A DNA stretch of 40,057 nucleotides, from the NCBI GenBank assembly GCA_035543875.1, contig DATKIY010000226.1:1-40057 (forward strand), read 5' to 3'. This stretch comes from Actinomycetes bacterium (GTDB lineage: Bacteria > Actinomycetota > Actinomycetes > JAHEKZ01). Each line of letters opens with the position of its first letter. Position 1 is the first letter of the stretch. This document shows positions 7,987 through 15,654 of this stretch, piece after piece. The translations under genes were made by a program, and so were the position numbers. The notes beneath the pieces are model-generated. The model saw only the letters and a program-made list of their open reading frames with translations, was not told where the DNA came from and made no database searches.

Positions 7987-9420
7987 CTACTCGACCGAGC
8001 AGATGTTCTGGTCGGCGGTGCGTATGCCCGTGCTGTCATTCGTGCGCTTGACCACAAAGTCCGAGACGCCGGGCCAGTCCTTGCCGACAACGACTTCTAG
8101 CGTCGTACCGAGGCCCGAGTGCTTGACGCGGCCCGCGTCATCGAGCGCAGCAGCCAGTGTTCGCGCAGAGTCCTCACTACCCACGTCGTAGCGGATGACG
8201 GTCGACAGGAAGTCTTGGCTGTCGGCCGTGTCGATACCGACGACGTTGAACCCTGCCGCGCTCAGTTCCGCTGCTGCATCTGTAGCCGCCCCGTCAACAC
8301 CGCTTCCGTTCAGGACCCGAACCGGGATGGACGCGGCCGGGACCGTAATGGGGCTGCCATCGATCTCGGTCGGCTTGGGTGGCTCCGGTGGATAGGGCTG
8401 GTCGTTCCTGATGGCTCGCCACAGCTTGTTTGTCTTTGGCGTGTTCCACACCACGGTGTTGGGGTCGTCAGGGTTGACCAGCCACGGCGTCGTCATGAAC
8501 GTGATGTCTTTGGGAGGTATCGACTGCACCTCTTGCGCGAGCTTGCGCAGTTCGTTCAGGTTGGCGAGCGCAGGGTCGGTCGTCAAAGACTTCGTGGCTG
8601 CGTCGAGAAAACGAACCAGCTTGATGGGGTTGAGCAACGTTCCGGTGCTGCGGGCTTTGTCGATCACCGAGCTCATGAACGCCTGTTGCCGGTCGATGCG
8701 ACTGATATCGCTACCGTTGCCGATGGCCCGCACTCGTACGTACGCGAGCGCTTGCTCGCCAGTGACAGTGCTGACCCCGGCAGGCAGGTCCAGACCACTC
8801 TTGGGCTCGTTGACGGCTTCCGGAAGGCAGACGTCGATGCCGCCGAGTGCGGAAATCACGTCTTCGAAGCCACGGAAGTCGACCACCACGAAGTGGTCGA
8901 TGAAGACATTGGTCAATGACTCGACGGTCTTGATCGTGCAGGCTGGTCCGCCGATCGAGAAGGCGGCATTGAAACGTTCGGTGTGAGCCGGATAGGTGCC
9001 GGTATCGGTCTTGCAGTCGGGGATGTCGACGATGGTGTCGCGCGGAATGCTGACGACCAGCGCGTGGTCGCGCGAGGCCGGCAGGTGCAGCAGCAAGGTG
9101 GTGTCCGAGCGAGCGCCGGTGATCGCGTCAGCCGACCCGAACCCGACTCCCTGTCCAGCCCGAGTGTCTGAACCCATTACCAGGATGTTGAGCGGCTGTT
9201 GTTCCGACTCCGTGTGCACGACCTTGGTGGGTCGGTCCGTGCCAAGAGCTGGGGTGGGGTCGTATGCGGTGATGTTGCTCTGTAGGTGCTGGTAGATGAA
9301 GTACCCGGCGGCTACGCCGCCAATCAGCAGGACTGACATGACGACGGCGATGACGATGGAGATACGGCGAAGGAGCGGATGGCGGTGGGCGCGGCTCGGT
9401 GGCGAGTCGGGCAAGGTCAT
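7987..9420 (-). CDS. LCP (LytR-CpsA-Psr) family cell-wall glycopolymer ligase, copy 2
   Basis: TM anchor ISIVIAVVMSVLLIGGVAAGYFIY. LCP core: LNILVMGSDTRAG...RSDTTLLLHLPASRDHALVVSIPRDTIV. LytR_C-like tail: IPVRVLNGSGVDGAATDAAAELSAAGF. AAGGA lies about 7 nt upstream of ATG 9420. Confidence 0.9.
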   Translation of the reverse strand: MTLPDSPPSRAHRHPLLRRISIVIAVVMSVLLIGGVAAGYFIYQHLQSNITAYDPTPALGTDRPTKVVHTESEQQPLNILVMGSDTRAGQGVGFGSADAITGARSDTTLLLHLPASRDHALVVSIPRDTIVDIPDCKTDTGTYPAHTERFNAAFSIGGPACTIKTVESLTNVFIDHFVVVDFRGFEDVISALGGIDVCLPEAVNEPKSGLDLPAGVSTVTGEQALAYVRVRAIGNGSDISRIDRQQAFMSSVIDKARSTGTLLNPIKLVRFLDAATKSLTTDPALANLNELRKLAQEVQSIPPKDITFMTTPWLVNPDDPNTVVWNTPKTNKLWRAIRNDQPYPPEPPKPTEIDGSPITVPAASIPVRVLNGSGVDGAATDAAAELSAAGFNVVGIDTADSQDFLSTVIRYDVGSEDSARTLAAALDDAGRVKHSGLGTTLEVVVGKDWPGVSDFVVKRTNDSTGIRTADQNICSVE

Positions 9421-9520
9421 CGACGGTCCTTTGCGCGCAGGTGGTGCTGTCCCAGGCGGGAGGGTCTACCGGCGGCCTACCCGCCTGCAGAGGGGTGTGG
9501 GCTAGCAGGATACGGATAGG

Positions 9521-10345
9521 TCAGGGCAGCCAACGAATCGACTGGGGAGTTAGTGAGCCGATCGGTGGCTCGCCAACGCCCGCCGTGACTCGCTCAGCCG
9601 CCACCTGTTCGACGTAGCGATCGGCCGAAAGGTTCCGGAACCACACCACGGAACCATCCGCGGCCAGCGGAGCGAGGAGCTCGCCGACCCAGTCGGCTTT
9701 CTCGCCGTATGCAGCCACCCGATCACCAGGAGTCAGGGACCAGCGCCTTGCGAGTTCCAAGGCTCGCTCGCCGATTTGTTGGTCTCCGGCGTCGGACGAA
9801 ACAAAGTGATCAGGCTGCGCGCGAACCTCAACGGAGTAGTCGCGAACCATGGTGGGCAGTGGTCTGTCGAATGCGGCGCCCATGGGCCGGAGCGATACGG
9901 CCACGATTTCGTCGGCATCGGGCAACGGCTCGGTCGTTGGCTCGCTGTCGTCCGGGATGGCGTCCGGGATGGCGTCCGGGATGGCGTCAGGTCCGACGAC
10001 TGCCACTGCTAGCGGGTGGCTGCCCGTAGTCACCGTGGATGCGCCGACTGCATCGACGGCGAGGTACCACACTGCCGTCAACCAATGGCGCGGAAGATCA
10101 ATCGACACCGACACGCCCGGGTCGACCCCTAGTTCGTTGATCAGTAGGTTCGCCGTCTTGTTGACCCAGTTGGCCAGTGTTGTGCCGGACAGTTCGACGC
10201 GTTCTCCGCTGTTGTGGTCGTACCAGGTGAGCCGCGGTCGGGCCGGATCCTTGGCTACTGCCCGGTTCAGTAAATCGGTCGGCGAAGTCACGCGGGTTAG
10301 GGTAAGCCGCAGGGCTCCAGGAGACACCTGGGTGCGCCGATTCAT
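9521..10345 (-). CDS. TIGR03089-type actinobacteria-specific protein (AMP-binding-enzyme-like fragment)
   Basis: PRLTWYDHNSGERVELSGTTLANWVNKTANLL matches my memory of the TIGR03089 N-terminus. The position next to an LCP gene mirrors Rv3267-Rv3268. Start placed at the internal ATG 10345 (track start 10435 would overlap the divergent amidase gene); the start is uncertain. Confidence 0.65.
   Translation of the reverse strand: MNRRTQVSPGALRLTLTRVTSPTDLLNRAVAKDPARPRLTWYDHNSGERVELSGTTLANWVNKTANLLINELGVDPGVSVSIDLPRHWLTAVWYLAVDAVGASTVTTGSHPLAVAVVGPDAIPDAIPDAIPDDSEPTTEPLPDADEIVAVSLRPMGAAFDRPLPTMVRDYSVEVRAQPDHFVSSDAGDQQIGERALELARRWSLTPGDRVAAYGEKADWVGELLAPLAADGSVVWFRNLSADRYVEQVAAERVTAGVGEPPIGSLTPQSIRWLP
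9950..9988. repeat. 12-nt tandem repeat x3.25 within the TIGR03089-type gene
   Basis: gtccgggatggc occurs at 9950-9961, 9962-9973 and 9974-9985, plus a partial gtc. It encodes (DAIP)x3 on the minus strand (PDAIPDAIPDAIPDD). Confidence 0.9.
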
Positions 10346-10413
10346 CGAGAGTGGTCGGTCCCAGAGACCGAATACCTGCCGTAGATCGTCTTCCCCTCGA
10401 AAGGTTTGATGGC

Positions 10414-13056
10414 GTGCGATTCCCCCGCCGCGCACCCCTTGGCGCTGTGTTGGCTTCTGTGCTTATCGTCCCCACCGTTGTGGTGGCGCCGACGTTCAAT
10501 GTCGGTAGTCAGCCAACACCACGGCCCATTTCGCCTCACGTTCAGCAGCTGCAGCTGACTGGTGTTGATCGCGCGACACTGTCGGCTTCCCCGACACCGG
10601 ATGCTGTCGTCAAAGGCTTGATGCATGCCAAGGGGATAAGCGCGGGCGCTGCTCGTCGTGCAGTCGGGACTCGAGCTCCTGTTGTTCTGACCAAAGAGTT
10701 GAGCACCGACGACTACCGACTGTTGGGAGTCAGCTGGGCTGCCAACTCGACGAAGCAAGTTGTCGTTACCGCTCGCACGCACACCGACGGTGCCTGGACG
10801 AATTGGTTTGACCTGCCGCCGATGGAAGACACAGCAAACCACCCATCGCCGAACGGCAGACTCGCCACGTCGCCGTACTGGGCGGGGGACTCCGATGGCG
10901 TTCAGCTTCGCGTTGACGCACTAACCAAGCAAGACCCAACGGACCTACATGTCGATCTGATCGAGCCGGGAACGTCTCCGGCTGACGCCGCGATCCTCAA
11001 TCCTCCGACATCGGGGGCTGCGTTCGCTTCCACCGACAAGCCCAACATCGTCACGCGAAAAGAGTGGGGTGCCGACGAAAGCCTGCGCGACCGACACCTC
11101 GACATGGGGAAGACCGTCCAGGTTGCCTTCGTTCACCACACGGCTGGCTCGAACAACTACGGCCCCAATGAAGGCCCGGCTGTCGTGCGAGGTCTTTACA
11201 GCTACTACATCCATACGCTGGGCTATGCAGACATCGGATACAACTTCCTGGTTGACCGCTATGGCCATGTATACGAAGGCCGCGCCGGGAGCATCACCAA
11301 ACCAGTGCGCCAGGCAGCCACCGGTGGCTTCAACAAGGACACGATGTCTGTGGTCGCCATGGGCAACTTTGTGTCTGCGCGTGCGCCGGATGCCATGGTC
11401 CGCGGGATCGCGCACATCTTGGCCTATCGCTTGTCGTCGTACCAACGTAATCCGTATGGCCACAAGAAACTTCGTGCGGAAACCGGCTCGTCTCGTTACA
11501 GCGCAGGTCAGATCGCCAAATTCAAGGTGATCTCCGGTCATCGTGACGCGGGGTACACGGCTTGTCCGGGTGGGCGGTTGTACAACCGACTTGACGACAT
11601 TCGGCGTTTGACGAAGAGCTACATGGGTTCGAACTTGGTTGAGCCGAGCATCTCGAGAACCTCGGTTCCAGCTGGACACCGGGTCGATGTGCACGTGCGT
11701 TCGGGTGTGTTGCAGAGCCAGAACTGGACGCTCACAGTTAGTCGGCTCTGCGGAGGCGGTGTGGTCCGCCGAATCAGTGGAACGGCAGCCCCGGGGAAGC
11801 CGATCAACGTGACGTGGCGTGGCCGAAACGACTCCGGCAAGCTGGTGCCGCCTGGCCGGTATCGAGTGCGGCTCAGTAGCTCTGGGAATGGGACGCAGGC
11901 GTGGCCATGGGCCCGAACAGTTTCGGTGCATGTAGGAGGAGCGGCCAGCCGACCATCGGGCACGAAACTCGGTCGGGCGGCGGGTGGGACCTACGTCCCC
12001 CTCAAGCCAAACGTGATTGCCGACAGCACGTCGGGCAAGGGAATTTCGCGGCCGGTCCTGCTTGGCCCCGGTGCGCGCGTTGATGTTCCGGTGCTTGGTC
12101 GTGGTGGAGTTCCCTCTAACAACGTTTCTGCTGTGGCTGTTTCTGTCGTCGCATCGTGTGCGTCGTCACGTACCGGCGTTTCGATTTCGCCAGGTGGGCT
12201 AAAGGTTCCTGGGGCGCGTGTGGTCAGTGTCGACACCAACGGTACGGCGCGCGGTTTCACCATGATGCGAGTCGGGAAGAGCGGAGACGTAACGCTGCGC
12301 AACGGCAGAGGAACGGTTGCTGTCAATCTTGCTGTCGTTGGCTACGTGAGCACCTCGGGCGGTGGCGGCTCGCTGATTCCGCTTCGCCGCGACAGTCTGA
12401 AGGGCGCTAACCCGCTGGGCGTGAGCGCTACGCCGGTTGACGTACACGTCACTGGACGCGCAGGTGTCCCGAACGATGCACGAGCCGTTGTGTTAAACGT
12501 TCGGCGTTCCAGTGAGTCGAACGTCTCGGCGTTGTGGGCGTGGGCGGCGGGCGCCGACAAACCGACGCCGAGTAGTTGGCGTCGCGGAAGCGGTGGTGCG
12601 ACTGCACAACGAATCATCGTTCCCATCGGCGCGGGGGGTGATATCCGCCTAGCCGCGGATCACGCGGGCAAGGTCGCACTCGATGTCGTCGGTTACGTAG
12701 CGGCGGGTGACACGCGTCAGCTGCACGCGGTCGTACCGCGGACCGTCACTCATGGCGGCTTGCGCGTTCATCGTGATCACGCGGTCAACGTCAGCATTCG
12801 AGGTCGGGCCGGCGTCCCGTCAGGGGCTCGCGCGGTGCTCGTGCAGGTCACCGGAATCAACCCGAGCCGAAACGCTCGACTGACGGTGTGGCCGCGCGGC
12901 GCCGCTCGACCGAACCCGGTCGACCTGTTTGTCCCGAAAAACAAGGATCGGGATGGGTTTGCCCTAGTCGCCATTGGCGATCATGGGGACATTCGCGTCC
13001 ATGTAGGCGCAGGAAATGCCGGAGTGCGCGTGTCGGTCGTGGGCTGGCTGTCCTAA
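10414..13056 (+). CDS. secreted N-acetylmuramoyl-L-alanine amidase (Amidase_2/PGRP type) with FlgD-Ig-like domain and three C-terminal repeat modules
   Basis: Amidase_2 motifs: VAFVHHTAG, IGYNFLVDRYGHVYEGRAG, SGHRDAGYTACPG (about nt 11041-11595). FlgD-Ig-like stretch: NWTLTVS...INVTWRGRNDSGKLVPPGRYRVRL. Signal-like N-terminus: RRAPLGAVLASVLIVPTVVVAPTF. Start set to GTG 10414 to avoid overlap with the divergent gene; track start 10351 is possible. Confidence 0.85.
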   Translation: MRFPRRAPLGAVLASVLIVPTVVVAPTFNVGSQPTPRPISPHVQQLQLTGVDRATLSASPTPDAVVKGLMHAKGISAGAARRAVGTRAPVVLTKELSTDDYRLLGVSWAANSTKQVVVTARTHTDGAWTNWFDLPPMEDTANHPSPNGRLATSPYWAGDSDGVQLRVDALTKQDPTDLHVDLIEPGTSPADAAILNPPTSGAAFASTDKPNIVTRKEWGADESLRDRHLDMGKTVQVAFVHHTAGSNNYGPNEGPAVVRGLYSYYIHTLGYADIGYNFLVDRYGHVYEGRAGSITKPVRQAATGGFNKDTMSVVAMGNFVSARAPDAMVRGIAHILAYRLSSYQRNPYGHKKLRAETGSSRYSAGQIAKFKVISGHRDAGYTACPGGRLYNRLDDIRRLTKSYMGSNLVEPSISRTSVPAGHRVDVHVRSGVLQSQNWTLTVSRLCGGGVVRRISGTAAPGKPINVTWRGRNDSGKLVPPGRYRVRLSSSGNGTQAWPWARTVSVHVGGAASRPSGTKLGRAAGGTYVPLKPNVIADSTSGKGISRPVLLGPGARVDVPVLGRGGVPSNNVSAVAVSVVASCASSRTGVSISPGGLKVPGARVVSVDTNGTARGFTMMRVGKSGDVTLRNGRGTVAVNLAVVGYVSTSGGGGSLIPLRRDSLKGANPLGVSATPVDVHVTGRAGVPNDARAVVLNVRRSSESNVSALWAWAAGADKPTPSSWRRGSGGATAQRIIVPIGAGGDIRLAADHAGKVALDVVGYVAAGDTRQLHAVVPRTVTHGGLRVHRDHAVNVSIRGRAGVPSGARAVLVQVTGINPSRNARLTVWPRGAARPNPVDLFVPKNKDRDGFALVAIGDHGDIRVHVGAGNAGVRVSVVGWLS
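11992..13053 (+). repeat. three tandem ~110-aa protein modules in the amidase C-terminus (nt 11992-12354, 12373-12702, 12718-13053)
   Basis: Alignable by eye. The shared core is V(D/N)V.(V/I).GR(G/A)GVP..A.AV.(V/L).V, then a P-containing middle, then G(D)(I/V).L...G.V.(L/V).VVG(Y/W). Examples: VDVPVLGRGGVPSNNVSAVAVSV / VDVHVTGRAGVPNDARAVVLNV / VNVSIRGRAGVPSGARAVLVQV, ending AVVGYV / DVVGYV / SVVGWL. Confidence 0.7.
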
Positions 13057-13070
13057 CCCCCGCTTGAATC

Positions 13071-13098
13071 GAAGTTGTCCCCGGTAGCAAGGGACTTC
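13071..13098 (+). terminator. stem-loop between amidase and SpoIID genes (possible U-tract-less terminator or attenuator)
   Basis: GAAG[UUG]UCCC - 9 nt loop - GGGACUUC gives 8 bp with a 3-nt bulge and starts 15 nt after the amidase TAA (13054-13056). It is followed by CCCCCUCC, not a U tract. Confidence 0.3.
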
Positions 13099-13160
13099 CC
13101 CCTCCGCGCCTCATTGGTGCCCTATCCGCTACTTCGCCGCGTCCCCCGATCGGGCTAACC

Positions 13161-14516
13161 ATGCGAACTAGCGATTTAGGTTTCCGGCCTGATCGGCCGA
13201 GGGCTATCAATGTGACCCTTGGGACCGTTGTTACACGAGGGGCTATTGCGGTGGCTGTGGCGCTCAGCACGGTGGCGCTGCCCAGCGCGTTGCCTGGCTT
13301 CAGTGACGGCTTCCCCGGAATTGACGGGGTCGGCCCCGCCGTTGCCCGCGCTGGCCACTCGGCCGAGAAATACCGCCTCCCGGGCTCCGGACGGTTCCAG
13401 CTTTCCGGCCTTGGCTTCGGGCATGGGATTGGGATGTCGCAGTTCGGTGCTGAAGGAATGGGCGAGCTCGGCAAGAGCTACGAGCAGATTGTGAAGTTCT
13501 ACTACCCAGGAACGTCCTTCGCCAAAGCGCGAGCCGGGCGTCAGATCCGGGTCTTGCTCTCCGGCGTGGTGCGCAGCGACTTCGGTCACTCGGCCGTCTT
13601 GGTTCGACCCAAGCCAGGTTTGCGCGTGGTAAACGCGGGTCGGCGGATTGAGCTTCCCTCCCGAGTCGCTGGTCACCGAGTTACCGGCTACCGGGTTCAA
13701 CGAACGCCATCGGCTATGCAAGTGAGGGCATACAACGGGAGCACGTCCAGGCGCGTTGCCGCTGGCCTCACCGGAACCGTTCGGTTTGCTACCGCGTCGG
13801 CTCCCATCAAGAGTCGGATCACGCTGGTGGCCGCTGCGGGCAACGAACGTCGGTACCGCGGATTCCTTGACGTAAGAAAGTCAGACTCCGGACTCATGGC
13901 CATGAGCAACGTGCGACTTGAGGACTACTTGCGGTCAGTCGTATCGACAGAGGTTCCGAGTAGTTGGACGAACGCTGCGTTGCGAGCACAGGCAGTTGCC
14001 GCGCGCAGTTACGCGATGCTTGCGCAGCTGTCGTCGCGTAAAGCTGGGCGAGCGTATGACATCTGCGATACGACGACCTGCCAGGTCTATGGCCCCATTC
14101 GTGCGGAGTCGAAGCGTGAAAGTGATGCTGTGCATGCGACATCGCGGCGGTACCTGCGCAGCGGCGGAAAACCGGCGCTCACGATGTTCTCCTCAGCGAA
14201 CGGCGGATATACGGTCGCTGGAAGCCGCAAGTATCTGGTAGCGAAGAAGGACCCGTATGACGGCGTCGTAACCGGGGCTGCGAACTGGGGACACAGCTGG
14301 CAGACGACGGTTTCTGGATCGACCCTTGCCAATGCCTGGCCGCAGGTGGGTCGGGTGAAGGCGCTGAAGGTCTGTCAGCGTGACGGTAATGGCCGATGGG
14401 GAGGCAGGGTCCTTCGCGTCGCGATTATCGGAAGCCATGGAACTGCGCGAGTTTCTGCTGACTCGTTCCGTTGGGGTCTTGGTCTCAAGAGTGCGTGGTG
14501 GACGGTTACAAACTAG
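13161..14516 (+). CDS. SpoIID/LytB domain protein (peptidoglycan lytic transglycosylase / amidase enhancer family)
   Basis: LEDYLRSVVSTEVPSSWTNAALRAQAVAARSYA, CDTTTCQVYGP and FSSANGGYT are characteristic SpoIID blocks. Signal-like segment: AIAVAVALSTVALPSA. Alternative start GTG 13212. Confidence 0.85.
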   Translation: MRTSDLGFRPDRPRAINVTLGTVVTRGAIAVAVALSTVALPSALPGFSDGFPGIDGVGPAVARAGHSAEKYRLPGSGRFQLSGLGFGHGIGMSQFGAEGMGELGKSYEQIVKFYYPGTSFAKARAGRQIRVLLSGVVRSDFGHSAVLVRPKPGLRVVNAGRRIELPSRVAGHRVTGYRVQRTPSAMQVRAYNGSTSRRVAAGLTGTVRFATASAPIKSRITLVAAAGNERRYRGFLDVRKSDSGLMAMSNVRLEDYLRSVVSTEVPSSWTNAALRAQAVAARSYAMLAQLSSRKAGRAYDICDTTTCQVYGPIRAESKRESDAVHATSRRYLRSGGKPALTMFSSANGGYTVAGSRKYLVAKKDPYDGVVTGAANWGHSWQTTVSGSTLANAWPQVGRVKALKVCQRDGNGRWGGRVLRVAIIGSHGTARVSADSFRWGLGLKSAWWTVTN

Positions 14517-14536
14517 GCACCTCGTAGGCTGTCGGC

Positions 14537-15652
14537 ATGCAGGAAGCTGTTGTTCTCGTCGGTGGGCTGGGTACCCGACTTCGTCCCCTTACTCTCACCA
14601 CACCTAAACCGATGCTCCCCGTCGCGGGAGTGCCCTTCATCGCCCACCAGTGCGCGAAACTTCAGGCTGCCGGCGTCGACCATGTGGTGTTAGCGACGTC
14701 GTATCGCCCCGAGATATTCGCCGACTACTTGGGGGACGGCGCGAGTCTGGGCATTCGGATCACCTATGTGCACGAGCGTGAGGCGTTGGGGACTGGCGGT
14801 GCAATCAGGAACGCGTCGGCGGCGTTAGAGAGCGGCGCGAACGATCCGGTCGTGATCTTGAATGGCGATGTGCTGTCCGGCCACGATCTGCGCGGCCAGG
14901 TGGAGTTGCATCGGAAGACCGAGGCCGCGGTCACGCTCCATCTGGTTGAGGTGGCAGACGCCCGAGCCTATGGCTGCGTGCCGACTGATGCCGACGGCCG
15001 AGTCACCGCTTTCCTGGAGAAGATGCCTGACCCTGTCACCAACTGGATCAATGCTGGCGCGTATGTGTTTCGCCGGTCTGTGATCGATGCCATTCCCGCG
15101 GGGCAGGTTATTTCGGTGGAGCGCGACACCTTCCCCAACCTGCTGCTGGCTGCTTCTGACATTCGAGCTTGGCAGGAGAGCGCGTACTGGATTGATGTGG
15201 GTACTCCTGAAGCCTTCGTGCGGTGTTCGGCCGATGTCGTACTCGGTGTCGCTCCGTCAAACGCGGCGAGCCCTGCGGGCTCGGCGCGCATCGGTGACGC
15301 GATGGTGCTGTTGGGCGCCGAGATGGCCAACGATGTTCGGCTGAGTGGCGGAACGACGATTGGCGCTGGCGCACGCGTCGGTACCGGCACAGACGTCGAC
15401 GAGTCGGTGGTGATGGACGCAGCCGTCGTCGGCTCCAGCACGCGCGTTCGACGATCCGTGATTGGCAAGGGCGCCGTGATCGGGGATGGCTGCGTTCTCG
15501 ATGGCTGCGTGCTTGCCGATGGTGTCGTTGTGGCGGACGGCACGGAGTTGCCGCCGGGCACGCGAGTCGAACTGGATGTCGACATTGCCGGGACGTCAAA
15601 CAAACCTCTAAGCGACCCAGCCGTGACGGACACCGCCGCTAGCGGAACCTAG
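14537..15652 (+). CDS. manC: mannose-1-phosphate guanylyltransferase / NDP-sugar pyrophosphorylase with C-terminal left-handed beta-helix (Rv3264c-like)
   Basis: N-terminal VVLVGGLGTRLRPLTLTTPKPMLPV (GxGTRLxPLT). The C-terminal hexapeptide-repeat-like region is rich in V/G/D. Position as in the mycobacterial locus. Confidence 0.85.
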   Translation: MQEAVVLVGGLGTRLRPLTLTTPKPMLPVAGVPFIAHQCAKLQAAGVDHVVLATSYRPEIFADYLGDGASLGIRITYVHEREALGTGGAIRNASAALESGANDPVVILNGDVLSGHDLRGQVELHRKTEAAVTLHLVEVADARAYGCVPTDADGRVTAFLEKMPDPVTNWINAGAYVFRRSVIDAIPAGQVISVERDTFPNLLLAASDIRAWQESAYWIDVGTPEAFVRCSADVVLGVAPSNAASPAGSARIGDAMVLLGAEMANDVRLSGGTTIGAGARVGTGTDVDESVVMDAAVVGSSTRVRRSVIGKGAVIGDGCVLDGCVLADGVVVADGTELPPGTRVELDVDIAGTSNKPLSDPAVTDTAASGT

Positions 15653-15654
15653 CG

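Noticed and set aside
9453-9487. Inverted repeat CAGGCGGG-19 nt-CCCGCCTG between the TIGR03089-type gene and LCP copy 2
   Set aside because: It is an 8-bp stem with a large 19-nt loop and no U tract. It could be a weak terminator or attenuator, but it is not distinctive enough in GC-rich DNA to call.
9950-9988. Tandem repeats (9950-9988 and 2241-2270) as possible CRISPR or other non-coding arrays
   Set aside because: The units are directly adjacent with no spacers, only 12-15 nt long, in frame and inside coding sequences. They are slippage-type microsatellites, not CRISPR.
10945-11931. Long antisense ORFs (e.g. 10945..11931-, 1112..1891-, 1476..2255-, 36021..37073-, 38100..39152-, 35151..35966-, 14968..15633-)
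   Set aside because: Each lies fully inside a gene with strong family motifs on the opposite strand and translates to Arg/Ser/Pro-rich sequence without domains. These are the classic high-GC antisense open frames.
13057-13175. Canonical ydaO/c-di-AMP riboswitch call for the SpoIID leader
   Set aside because: Only the terminal blocks (CGCUUGAAUC, CCCGAUCGGGCUAACC, possible P1) resemble the motif. The G-rich ligand-contacting blocks are absent and the element is short. It is kept only as a low-interest finding pending a cmsearch.
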